This document shows, piece by piece, positions 12,375 through 24,991 of a stretch of 34,978 bases of DNA; within the stretch, counting starts at the first letter, position 1, and each line of letters begins with the position of its first letter. A model generated the notes under the pieces. The model searched no databases. It was given only the letters and a program-made list of their open reading frames with translations, and was not told where the DNA came from. A program made the position numbers and the translations under genes. Source of the stretch: Folioceros fuciformis (Eukaryota); contig JBNGIO010003696.1 in the NCBI GenBank assembly GCA_049999805.1, forward strand, positions 1-34,978, read 5' to 3'.

Positions 12375-15047
12375 ATGGCCTTGCTCGCAGCAGAGCTAGC
12401 CAGCAGCATCGTCAGAGGCAAAGCATCTTATGCACTCATTGGTCATGGCAATTCTGAATGTGGGGATGGACGGGTGCCTGATTCTTGGAACAAAAGATGT
12501 GCATTCCCCATGTCCCGGACGAGGCAGCAGTTGGGATGGGCCAGATCTGGGTCCCTCGAGTGGCCAAAGTTCGTGGGCTTGCCTGAACGACAAATGAATG
12601 ATGCATCAAGGAACGATGAATTCGTTGCTGCAACTGAGAATTTCCTACCGTTCATGTGTAGAATTGTAGCAGCACATGCTATGGACACATCAGCTGGAGC
12701 AGTTACTGGAGCTTCTAGCAGTGAGAAGGACAATCAGCTCCGTCTCCCTGAGAAGCGCATTCTGGCGAGATACTGTCTCAAAGATTTGTGCATGACTGCC
12801 TGCTAGTTTTTCTCTTACCGAGTTGTTGTTTGTGTTGTAGGTTGGGTTTGGAGGACTGTGCATGGACTATCTAGCTAGTGTGGACAGGTTTCCTAATCCC
12901 GATGACAAAATCCGATCTACGTCCTTTCAGGTGAGCTCTACAATTTGCAGCAGACCCCGATGCAAGATGGTTTCCAAGAGGTTTGCTCGTGTGTGACACA
13001 GGGGATAAGTTGATCTATCTGTGATGGTTCGTCACGTGTCGATTGCATCTGAACAGGTGCAAGGTGGTGGTTGCGTTGGGAACGCCTTGACTGCAGCGGC
13101 TCGACTTGGATTGAATCCGAGAACTGTGTCAAAGGTAGTCACATTGGTTATGAGCATGGTGCATGTCCTTCGATGCCACCAGGTGCCCTGACCCTGAGGT
13201 TCATGCAGGTGGCTGACGACGGGCCTGGGAAGCAAATACTAGCAGAGTTAGAAGCAGAGGGCATCGACATTTCCAACATTGTGGTGAGTGTTTCATGTCA
13301 TGCTTCCCGGGACTGTTGCTGCTTCTTGTCGTTGGGTACTTGTGTAATCCAGTGTTTGAAAGGGTTATATCTGTCGCAGCTACTCGAAGTTGTTGGTTGT
13401 TTAGATGATGTTGTTGGCCATGCAGGTAGCACCAGGAGGTAATTCCGCGTTCACCTACATCATTGTGGACGAGCAGCAGTAAGTGGACCGGATCCTTTTT
13501 GAACTTTCCTGGTTCATCTCTGTCGATTGGCTGATGTGGCCACACGCATTCGACGTTTGCAGGAAAACACGAACCTGCATCCATACACCCATATCATCTA
13601 CATTCGCAGCAGATGATTTATCTGAAGATGCTGTCCGTCGGGCTCTCCATCAAGCGGACTTGGTCTACTTTGATGGGCGCTTTGGGGATGCTGCACTTGT
13701 TGTTGCCAATCAGGTTACATGCTGTTTTCAAACACCAGGGATCTACAATCATCAGAATATTTGCAGCGTATCCTTACAGTGAAATGCTTCCAGGCAGCAC
13801 GGTTGCAAATCCCAGTACTTGTGGACGCTGAAAACTTCAAGAGGGACAAGCTTACTGAGCTGCTTGGATTTGCCGACTACGTAGTGTGTTCATCCAATTT
13901 TCCAATGGTGAGAAGCGCCAGTGAGTTTCAGACCATTTTCATCCAAACTTGTGACCGCTGATGTAAGTGGGGTTGTGTACCGACTTCCAATGCCAGGGAT
14001 GGACAGGGACCAGCAACCTGGCTGAAGCTTTGCTGGCAATGGCCTTGAATTTGCCTCAAATGAAGTTCTTGATCGTGACACTCGGTGGCGCTGGATGTGT
14101 GATGCTTGAACGAGCAATTACAGGTCCCTCTACCTGTACCATCTCCAGTCCTCTTTTGTGTTGCCTCCTGTCTTTTTCTTTCAATGCTTTTAGTGATCCT
14201 GTCGAACTCCCTGGCGCCGGATGTGTAATGATGGAAAGAGCAGTTCTAGGCCCCCCTGCCGTCACCCGCCTCCCCCCCTTTTTGTGTTACCTTCCGTTGC
14301 CCTTCTTACGATGACTTCAGTGGTCCTGTCACACAGTCTAAAAGCTTTTCAAATCCCAATGCTTTGTAGATCTGTACAGATCCTCGAGAGGCTGAGAGTA
14401 TGGACGTACAGACAACCTTGGAGTCATTGAAGCAAGAAGTCAAGCAAAGGAACAACAAGCAGCCTTCTGTTGCTTCTTCCAAGGTGGGAAGAATTCTCCC
14501 AGTCGTTGGTGGTGAAAGGAGGTGAAAGAGGGATCTTTTGGGCCAACCTTGAAAGCAGTTCTGTAAGTATCGTGCCTCACGTTCAGGTGGGTAGACTGAG
14601 GACACATGCTTCTGGAGGCCAAGAAGTGGCAGGACGACTTCTGTTGGGAACGGCTGAGGAGATCCCTCCTGCCGAGCTCGTGGATACGACAGGAGCAGGA
14701 GATGCGTTCATCGGCGGTGTCATGTATTGTAAGCAGCTGCTTCTGTCTGGTTCCTTGCTCGAACACTCAAGGTTAGCCAGCTTATCTTGTGTTTCTTGAT
14801 CCTGCAGCATTGTGCGCTGGATACCCAGTGGAAAAGATGCTTCCCCTCGCAGCTGTTGTGGTACAACACAATCCTTTACAGGCAGCTTCTTCGTTGAAGT
14901 GTGTTCACTTTTTCCAACTTGGTGTATCCTCGCTTCGTTTGTAACCAAAGCGCTTGGTTCGTTCAGGCTGCCTCATGTTGCCGAGGTCTGGGTGCGCGGA
15001 CTAGTCTTCCACTTCGTGTGGACTCCAAGTTGTTGCCGTTTCTGTAG
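12375..15047 (+). CDS. PfkB/ribokinase-family carbohydrate kinase with N-terminal extension, multi-exon
   Basis: VGFGGLCMDYLASVDRFPNPDDKIRS, VQGGGCVGNALTAAARLG, VYFDGR, IVTLGGAGCV, PfkB signature ELVDTTGAGDAFIGG, C-terminal GLGARTSLP. Start ATG 12375 inferred. Confidence 0.9.
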
Positions 15048-15273
15048 AAAAAATGGATCTCGGTTTTCTGTTTGCTGGCCTGAGACGGTAACACACTCAG
15101 ATGTGATGCCACACATTCTCAGCATTCATAGGCAGATTACACGGTGGTCACTCGAGGAACGACTACGGTGCTGACCATGTGTCTCATGACTTGCCTTTAC
15201 AATTCTCCCGTGGGATTACACGGAGTATCTGGAACAAAACTGGAACGCATTGCACGCCTGAAACTACCCTCCA

Positions 15274-16767
15274 TCAAAACCAATTTGAAACTTCGTAGTC
15301 CCTGAATCCACGCAAGTAGGTCTCCATCATCTCTCGTGATTTTTCCCACTGCAATGCCCCGACTATCTCGCATGGAGTTCTCCTCTCATTCTGCAGGCCA
15401 CCATAGCGGACGGCCATGAGTGTTGGCAGCAGCAAAATGATGTCACGAACTATGCTTGATAAGCAGACATCGTTCCTTACTTGGTGTATGATGCGGAAGG
15501 AGTTGCCATCGTCTCTAACAATGAGCAGATCGTCAGACCTGTCACGTTTCTTCCCCCCTGGCACATGTACCTGCACAAATATCCTCCGTCATTGACAGCG
15601 GACCCACAAAAACCACAGTGTCCTCGTCATGTGCCACACAAGCTTCTCAGGTCTTTCCTACCTCAACAGGTGCCCTGGATATGGTCTTGGTCCTCGTGTC
15701 AATGACATAAACTTCCTCAAAGTCCAATACGAAGTCGTAGTCATCGTGTCGTCTGTTCCTGTAGTGCTTCATGAGGAACACCTGCTAATGGTGGTAGATC
15801 CAGGTAAGAGATTCTCCACGTAGGACTGCACATCATAGTTGCTCGGGAAGCAAAACACTTGGAAACGACAGCACAGAGAAGAGCATAAGCGCTTTGCTTT
15901 CAAGCAAGGCGGCAACCTTCATGACATGCTTCTCATTCTTGCTCATGGGTGATCGAGGAGGACCCGCCGGAAGCTCCGAATTACAGATGTACTCGTAATT
16001 GCTCATCGTCAGTCGAATAGGCTGCAAGTAGAGGTACCTACCCTCAGCTCCAGACACCTCACATCCTGCACGCACAACAATACCAGCAAGGGGTCCATGT
16101 ACGTACCTTCGTGGGCATCTTCCCTTGCTTCTTCGGAATAGCATACACATCTGTATCAGGGGGTGTGACGTACATCTGCAACATCAACAGACATCCAGAG
16201 GTGAGGAGCAGAACATACCCTGCATCACACCCACCAACATCCTCCAGGACGACAACCCACCTCTCCAAAATCGTACACATCCCCATCAGGATCTTCCACC
16301 TTCCTGATGAAGAAATCACACTGATGGAGGCTGATCTTGTGGAAGTCTTCCTCCTTGATCTTGTAATCCACCACCGTCTCCACCTGGTCCCCTTCAGTTA
16401 AATCCAAAGTCTTGCTTTGGCGGGTCAACAGGAAACTCTCCACGGGCAGGTCGGGCTCGGGATCGTAGTCCCGCATGTCATTCTCGTCCTCGTCGTCCTC
16501 AGGCGAGTCAAGCTCGTAGTCCACAGCGTCCTCCACCTCGAAGTCGTCCTCCGACGCCTGCAGCTTCCAGGCCTGCTTCTCTCTCAGCCTCGTCGGGGCC
16601 GGCAGATTCCTGTTCCCCACCCTCTCTCCTCTGCAGCGCAGAATGTGGGTGGGGGCGCGAGCCCGGGCCACCACCTGCCTCCTCGCAGCCACCCGGACAA
16701 CAGCCCGAGTCGCCACAGCAGCCGGCAAAGTAGGCAGCGCTGGCCCCAGCCGCACCCCGCTCGCCAT
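15274..16767 (-). CDS. PTAC6: Plastid transcriptionally active 6 (PEP-associated protein PAP8), about 6 exons
   Basis: A/R-rich transit-like N-terminus, acidic stretch, FHKISLHQCDFFIRKVEDPDGDVYDF, MYVTPPDTDVYAIPK, FVLDFEEVYVID, VPGGKKRDRSDDLL, C-terminal FRDYEVSNWF. Confidence 0.88.
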
Positions 16768-16899
16768 GCCCCTGCTGCTTCCTGCGCAATTCATGCAACC
16801 TGACTGGTGAACCAGATCCTTCACACCCACCTGCCGTGCTCCTAACGCTTCCCGGGCTCAGCTCAAAGTGAGCACGGATGTCGAACACCGACCCCGGGT

Positions 16900-18533
16900 A
16901 TGACCATGACAAGTAGGCTCAGATTCCGCCTTGCCCGGACCCTCGCATCCGCTCTCTGTCGTCCTGCCGGGTCTGGCTCCCCTTGGTCTGGGTCTGTGCC
17001 GCGCGGGGGTTGGAATCCTGAGTCCTGCGAGCCTTCCAATTCGGCTTGCGGTGGTGGGTGGAGATGGGTTCCCGAGAGCAGGACATTCAGCTCTGCATCC
17101 GCAACGGCGAGCGTGAGAGAGGAGGAAATGGCGGGGGACGAGGCTGCGGTGTCGGAGATGTTGGTGGACTCGCATGGCAGGAAGCATACATACCTCAGGA
17201 TTTCTCTCACAGAGAAATGCAATCTCCGGTGCCAGTATTGCATGCCGGAGGAAGGGGTAGCTTTGACGCAGGATTCCAGGCTTCTGGGGAAGGATGAGGT
17301 GGTTCGACTGGGTGGGTTGTTTGTGCGGGGAGGGGTGAGCAAAATCAGGCTCACGGGAGGGGAGCCCACCATCGCCAAGGACCTGGAGGACATTTGCTGG
17401 GAGTTGGGGAGGATGGAGGGGCTGAAGACTCTTGCCATGACCACTAATGGGCTCATCCTGGCCAGGAAGCTAGAGGCTATCAAGGCTGCAGGATTGAACT
17501 TGCTCAACATCAGCTTGGACACTCTGGTGCCGGCGAAATTCGAGTTTTTGACGAGGAGGAAGGGGCATTCGAGGGTGCTCAATTCAATCCAGACTGCATT
17601 GGACCTGGGATTCCAGCCAGTGAAGGTGCGACACAATGTTGGGTTGTTGAGATGGTGTTTTCAATTCATCCGGCATGTGGGAGAGCTGACGTTGCTGTGA
17701 CGTCTGACTGTGGATGTGGACAGGTGAATTGTGTGGTGATGCGTGGGTTTAATGACGATGAAATTTTGGATTTCGTGGAGCTCACCAGAGACAGGTTGAT
17801 CAATGTCCGGTTCATTGAGTTCATGCCCTTCGATGGCAACGTGTGGAACTCCAAGAAGCTGGTGTCGTATGCAGAGATGCTGGCGAAAGTGGTATGTTTT
17901 GATGGATGTCATGTGGGGTCTTGTGAAGCTCGCAAACCACATGGAACGAGCCTTGAAAACTGGGTTGTGATGCTTGCTCACGCAGAGGGAGCATCATCCA
18001 AGCCTGTACAGACTCCGAGACCATCCCACGGACACAGCCAAGAACTTCCGCGTGGATGGCTTCCAGGGCTCGGTGTCCTTCATCACCTCCATGACGGAGC
18101 ACTTTTGCGGGGGATGCAACCGTCTGCGGCTCATGGCTGATGGCAACTTCAAAGTGTGCCTGTTTGGCCCAGCAGAGGTTCTGACATGCCCACACCGCAT
18201 CACCTGCCCTGCCCTGTCCTTGTTGTGGTGAGCTTTCCTGACCCAGCAGCTCCCTGCCCTTGCTTCAGGTGAGCTTGAGAGATGCGTTGCGCTCCGGGGC
18301 GGACGACTCCGAGCTGAAGGGAATCATTGCAGCAGCGGTGAGACCCCTCTCCAACCTTCCTGTTGCATCGAGTACAGGTTGCCTCCTGTACTGGATGCAG
18401 CTGAGGCACTTCACATTTCCTGAGCTCAGCCTTTGCCGGGCTGGTGCAGGTGCGGAGGAAGAAGGCTGCGCACGCAGGCATGTTCGAGCTTGCCAGGACC
18501 CAGAACAGGCCGATGATCCACATCGGTGGCTGA
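16900..18533 (+). CDS. CNX2: GTP 3',8-cyclase (molybdenum cofactor biosynthesis, MoaA family radical SAM), 5 exons
   Basis: [19 protein letters not shown] (CxxxCxxC), [51 protein letters not shown]-terminal RPMIHIGG*; presequence-like N-terminus. Confidence 0.96.
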
Positions 18534-18985
18534 TTCCAGAATCCAGCACCCGAGGGATTCTGCTTTCTTGTACCATCGTTCCGGAACATGACAAACTTGT
18601 GTTCCCTTGTATGTACCACCATCTTGTAACCTGTCAAGGTTTCCTGTATCAAATTCCCATGAATGAAAACTGTTTTGGCTCCCCATCTCAGTTCAGTTCA
18701 GTTTGTCTTTTGTTGAGGTCAACGGATCCGTTTTTGCCGGCAATTTGTTCCGATGTCTCCTGCAGGCAGTAAGTATGTAGCCGATGTGCGCTTCTGAGGT
18801 TCTTCTTACGGGCTTCCTCTACAAACCCGCCAGAGAAGCAAACTCGCCTGGAAAAGAGGTTAAGAACTATCAGCGCCAGAACAAAGTGCAGCCATTTTGG
18901 TGGCATCACTCCGTTCCCAGCTACGGCAGCCCAGGTCTAGACGGCAACAAACAAGTTCAAGCCATCCATCTCCTGAAGGGAAAAA

Positions 18986-21900
18986 ATGAAGAAGAAGGCA
19001 AAGCAACATTCTTTGAAGACGGATGGGGAAGGATCATCTTCATTCGAGCCTAAGGAAGTGGTGGACTTGACTACTGACATTTCCAAGTTAAAAGTAGTAT
19101 TAGACCTGGACGACATGGTGAAGAACAAGGCAATAGGGCCCGACGCAGCAGAGAAAGCTCGAAAACAGTATCCCCTTCTTCCTCCCTCTCTTCCCTTACA
19201 ACCACAAGATCGGAGGCATAACATTTGCAAAGACCTAACATTGCACCAATCCCAGGTACGAAGAACTCCGCCATGCAGTCATTCGCAACGTTGCTACAGA
19301 ACGGAGCTTAGAAATCGAAAGCCAAAAGCTGGCCATCCAACTCCAGGTTTGTATGTTCTTTAAGGCTACAAGATCTTGGATGAATTTCCACTTGCTTGAA
19401 AGAAAGGGTAGGCTAGTTGCGACGTCCTATCCCACCCCATGCTGAGACAAAAATCTTATCGTATGCCTAGGGATCTGCAAGTTGGATAGGAGGAACCTGA
19501 GCTGTGATCCATGGAATTCCGCAGAAGGAGCAAATTGAATACAGGAAGCTTGTCGCGGAATCGAAAGAAGAAGAAACAACTCTGGATCTTCTCCGCGAAG
19601 ATCACGAACAAGCAGAGCAGGAATCGGCACTTTGCAGGTACACAAAACCGTTCCACCCCTCTCCTTCCCGCTCAATCAACAACTGAGAATGCTCTTCTCC
19701 TTCTTCCCTTGCCACTAGCTTTTCATGCACACAAATTTTAGGGAAAAGGAAAATACGTGGTTAATTGAGACGAGTGAGCTAGTGAGAATATCAGAAGAGC
19801 ATAAAAAGAGAATTGAAGAAATAGAGAAAGAGCATGCCGCTGCAATAGCTCCCGTTGTTCATCAGCTAAAAGTAAATAGCAGTAAATAGCATGAGAGAAA
19901 GATGTTTGTGAAGCCATATAGTTTAAGCATTCTCACAAAATTTAAAAAATTCTTCATTCATAATTTTATTTTCTTGTCAATGTAGTTGGAGATTGCTGAC
20001 TTCGTGGATAAAATGAGCAAAGACAAAACACGTATCGAACAAATGACAAAAGAGGTAAATGGTTAGCATTTTTTTATATTTTTCCTATTTTATATATTTA
20101 TAAATATATTTACATTTTTTGTTATAGCTCGACGAAATTCGGGAAAAGCTTGAGATAGTTGAAGCCGAAGTTGGGCAATTAGTGTCGGAAAAGATAGAGA
20201 ACGACAGTGAATTAATCAATTTTGAAGGAGTTCCTGAAAGATATCGAAAGCAGGTATAATGCAATATCTATATTTATTTATTTATTTAAATTACATCTTA
20301 ATTATCGCTACATATGTGTGACTAATAATCAGATTTTCTTTTTGAATTTGTAGACGGATATTTTAATTAATGCTCTATCTAATCTTCGATTATCCGATGC
20401 TCGTCATGTGGGCAAGGTATGAGGAAGATTCATACTCATAAACTTATCAAACTAGTTAAAATGCACTTAAGATGAGTGATTACATCTAACAAAAAGTGTA
20501 ATATTCTTAACTATTATAAATAATATTAATTCAAACCTTTATTTTGGGTTTGTTTCCAGCTTGATGAGCTTGACCATGAGATAGTCAATGTAAACAAAAG
20601 CATTGAAGAGTTAACAGGGGAGTACGAAAGGGGTTCCATGTATGTGGATAGGTCGTTTTTGCTGATTGAACAAAAGGTAGATAAATCTATATTTTGATGT
20701 TCTTCTTTCACAACCATAATCATCAATGTGTGCTTTTTGCAAAGAAAGAGAAGAGAAGTAGAGTGAAAATTGGCAAACTTGTTTTGATATATTGCATCTG
20801 AAACGTTGAAGTGTCAAAGGAGCGAGCAATTGAGGAACTGCAAAGAGACCAAGAGATGGCTACGATTGAAGCAGATCAATATATTGCAGATAAGGTATGG
20901 GTTTGGATCACATTTGTGGAGATGGGTGGGTGAGGTGAGTAGAGTAGAGTTGATGGAGAACTGAAGTATGTTATTGGTTGTTGAATGAGGGTAGGTCAAT
21001 TTAGAGATGCAGTTGAAGGCTGTCTTGACAGATTTGAAACTGGAGCAAGATAATTTGGCCCAACATGTGAAGGAGAAAGATAAGGTGCTTCGGAGATTGA
21101 AGAATGACGAACTGCTTGTAAAGCAAATTCAAGGGCATATTCCGTGTCTTTTGAATGAAAGAGAGTCCCTTCAACATGAGGTTAGTTTACTTCATGGGTA
21201 GGTTGTGAGATTTTGTGAGTGTGGAATAGAAGCTTACTTTGTTCCATGTTCTTTTGGAAGCTATTAGTGATTATAACTAAGAAAACCAAGGCGACTCAAA
21301 TAGCGAATGATTTGAGGAAAGAGATTGATTCTCACACACATAATTTCCTGGTTGTGGAAAAATGGGGAAAAGAGCTTGCCCAGAAAGTACATGAAGGGCA
21401 TGGATTGGTATGTTTCTTGTACCCTTAACATGAACACCTGATACAAACTAGGAAAGACTTTGAACTGAATGTACCTAATGATAGAGCTGTAAGTACCTGA
21501 TGATACCTTATTACAGATACTTAGACTTGAGTTAGATATTGCGGAGTCGGCTGATTTGCAAAGAGCAAGAGACCAACAGATTGTAGAAATGGTTAAGATC
21601 TGTCAAAGAATGAATCGGCAAGTTTGCTTGAAGGTAGTGCTTGATTATCCTGTGATAGTGGATTTTTATGTTTAAATGTATGTATGTTTAACACATTGAG
21701 CATCAGACAAATATGTGGAAAGAGGCCTTGGAAAGAGTACGCGCACATGATATATTTATCACGTTTCTGCGCAAAAGAGAGGACGAAATAGCCAAACGAT
21801 CCAAGAAGTTTGACACCCTCTTCCGACTCATTAAAAGCCAACGCAATAAGTTCAAGCAGCTTTCTCAGGTTAGGATGATCTGAAAGCTTTGAGGAAAGAA

Positions 21901-23810
21901 AGCAACCGAAGCAGAAAAGTATTAAGGAATGCTATGTGAATTGATTGATCGATCGATCTGCAGATTAGCTCGCTTACGGTGGTGGAGATGAAGGACAAAG
22001 TGAAAATGATGGATGCAGAAGTGGATATGCTGCAGAATGAGGTGGTCTATAAGAGCAAGGTCCTTACTCGAATGCGTATGGACTATGAGAGCAGTATAAG
22101 AGGCCGGACACAGTTGCAGTCAGAACTCACTAAAGCTTCTCTGGCTCTTAGAGACAAAAAGGTTTGGGGAGCATACAAGACAGGCAGCAGCAGGGTGACT
22201 TGGGAAGGAAACGATTGACTCACAGCATGATGGTTTGCGCAGGAAACACACGATGACCTTGAGCTGTCGGTGAAGAAACTTCAGGCCTTTATGAAAGGAT
22301 CGGATTGGGGCATGTCACGGCTCCTGAAAGAGTACGAGTTTGTTGTAACCCGACGCAATCACACTGGAATATCACTCATTGACAGGAATGATGAACTCTG
22401 CATTCTGTACGAGAAATTAAACGTACAGGTGGGTGATGTGGTTTCAGAATCGTGTGCGTCTTCAGCCTGTGAAAGCCAGCAAGCAGACATGACATGTTAT
22501 CCGCATGCAGACCAAACTATTGAAGCAGTCAGAAATCGAGTTATTAGCACGGAATGACGAGATAGCATTTCTGCGGTTAGAGATAAAGCAACTTTCAGTG
22601 TCAGTCCAAGTGTGCCACAAATTTGCTCCAGAAATTCGTCAGCTGAAGGGAGTTGTGGCCCAGTACAAAGATGAGGTAGCTCGGACTTCTCTCTCGCTTG
22701 TGGGCAGCACAGGAAGTGCTGGAGGAGAGTCTTCACCGGTGGGTTGTGGTGCAGATGAGTCGAGTGGTGATTGAAGCTGGGCGTCTGTCAGAACTGGTGG
22801 AAAAGCCGGAAAACACCGCTCGATGGAGGATGCTAAACGGAACAGACCCAAGTGACCTGGAGCTGGGAGTCAAGTTGGTCAGCATTGAGGAGCGCATATC
22901 TGCAAGACTGGATCAGACATACGAGAAGGACTTGATCCTTGAGGAGGTTTGGACTCGCACAGTCTATCATGGATACATCATGAGCTGGCATGGTAACAGG
23001 TTCGAAGTAATGCGCTGGACGTGATGCTACAGGTAACGGATTTGACAGAAGAGCTTTGGAAGCAGGCGGCTGAGGGGAGACACAGTAATCTACATTTGGG
23101 GAAACAAGTTAATGACTACCACAACCGTGTGCGTACAGTCACGAAGTGCATGATGGCTACTGTTTCAGAACTTTCACTCTATCAGGTAGGGGACTCTACG
23201 GGCCCCAGGAATCTGCGGGGACTTGGAAATGCACAAAGAATCCTTGTGGCTGACTGACACCATCATTTCAGGCCACCGCAATGAGCCTGAAGCAGGAAAA
23301 AGACTCGTTGGCTGCTTTTGTGGAAGGAGCATGGCAAAGAGTCGAAGCAGGGGAGGTGAGTTTGGCAGCAGGAGCAAGAGCAGGCAGCCTTTGCGTGCTT
23401 GTCCCATGTCTGTGATGCCAACTGACACGTCTATCTGGGCATACAGGCTCCAACTGAGGATGCAGCACGGGAGTGGGAACGAATGGAAATCCGCATCCTG
23501 CAATCGAGAGATGGAAAAACGGAAGATGATCAACAACCCAAGAGGGACATGTAAGTCATGTGCTGTTTTGTTTCTTTCAACAAAATTCGATTGTAATACA
23601 ACAAATCGAATCAGACCATGGATCTTAACCAGTACATATGACTACATATGCAGATTCACCACAGCAGAGCAAAGGCCAAATGCTTACATAGCAGAAGAGC
23701 CATTTGGGTTACCAAAACCATTTGGAGGCCGTCCACCTTTCAAGCCCTCAGAACGGGGCAGCACAATGCGACATATTCGTCGACCTGAACCCAAGGCTGT
23801 CGTCATCTAG
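18986..23810 (+). CDS. CCDC146: Coiled-coil domain-containing protein 146 / MBO2-like axonemal protein, about 19 exons
   Basis: Long coiled coil over short exons; RRNHTGISLIDRNDELCILYEKLNVQ, ENTARWRMLNGTDP, MMATVSELSLYQA and C-terminal TTAEQRPNAYI...LPKPFGGRPPFKPSERGSTMRHIRRP match the CCDC146 family as recalled. Start codon inferred. Confidence 0.85.
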
Positions 23811-24036
23811 ACTCCCTAGTCCCAGCTCTCTTTGAGGCGTAGCTAACCTTTGGAAGAAAAAGGTTTCAATATTTGTACACAAAGCTGCAGCGTGCAATTG
23901 TCGCACGAGCTTGACCCCTTCTGCCCTGCAGAAACCTAGTGAAAGGCTAGTTGAACCCCCTTGGCATGGAGGCAGGCGCCTCGGTGGCAAGCGCAGCGAC
24001 TGTCGTCAGTCCCACCACTCCAACAATGATTCAAGC

Positions 24037-24599
24037 TTACACATTGCTCTGCTTGTAACCGCTCACATCAAGAACCTGCTTCCCGCACATCGCACAAACT
24101 CCCTTCTTATACGCACAAGATTGACAATACTTGGCATCTTGGTGGAGTTGCTGCTTGCAGATGCAGCACTTCGAAGTCCCGTATGGCGTCCATCTGACAT
24201 CACGCAAACCAACGTCAACTACCTTCAAAAGCTCCTCAACCCTCCCTCATTTACCACACCACCGTTGCTTCATCAGATTCCTCACCTGTTTTTCTTACTC
24301 AGCAGCTTATTCTCATTCAACTTCCTCCCACCGCTTTCTGTGGTGTTACTCGCGCCATCCTTCCACTTGTCAGGCACTATCACCTTCCCTAGCTTCTTCT
24401 GACCTGCTTCCACAAACGAGCATATCAGCACCTCCCTGCAACCTTAGCTCATCACGCAAATCCATCCATTGCACCCCCTTTAAAGTCCAACGATCCTCAA
24501 CACACACACACACAGACACCGATTGCGAACAAAACAAAAACCTTTGAGAAGGTAGGGAAGGTCACAAGGTCCAAGAACTCAACACTTCTCGCACACCAT
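24037..24599 (-). CDS. CRIPT: Cysteine-rich PDZ-binding protein, 3 exons (24599-24584, 24403-24286, 24193-24037)
   Basis: Spliced product MVCEKCQKKLGKVIVPDKWKDGASNTTESGGRKLNENKLLSKKNRWTPYG...CQSCAYKKGVCAMCGKQVLDVSGYKQSNV; canonical splice sites with matching phases. Confidence 0.95.
24501..24514. repeat. (CA)7 microsatellite in CRIPT intron 1
   Basis: CACACACACACACA seen directly. Confidence 0.85.
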
Positions 24600-24991
24600 C
24601 TCCGGCGCTTTCTTGCCGATGCTGCTGGAACAAACAGAATCGTTCAAAACCCTCCGCCGTCGTAGGCCTCCCCTTCAGGCAACTACCACCATCTCAAAGC
24701 GCAACTCCTTCACGGGCACCAGAATTATCCACTGGAATTCTCGCTTCCGGGAGGGGAGAAGGCCAGGCTGGGAGCCAACGGAACGTACGCAGCTTTCACA
24801 CGGACACCGTATCAGGATAGCGACTGACTCAGTTAACACTATAGACACGTGTATTTAGACGAAGAATGTTATCAGCTAATCACACACATAATTATATCTA
24901 GGAAGACAGCACTTCTTTATCGCGAAACAGATCCTGGAAACGGAAAAAGCAGGTGGCCAACCAAACGCTTGTTCTTCAAGGTGGAGAGTCG

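Noticed and set aside
16863..17636. 257-aa minus-strand ORF
   Set aside because: Antisense to CNX2 exon 1 in GC-rich coding DNA; no independent support.
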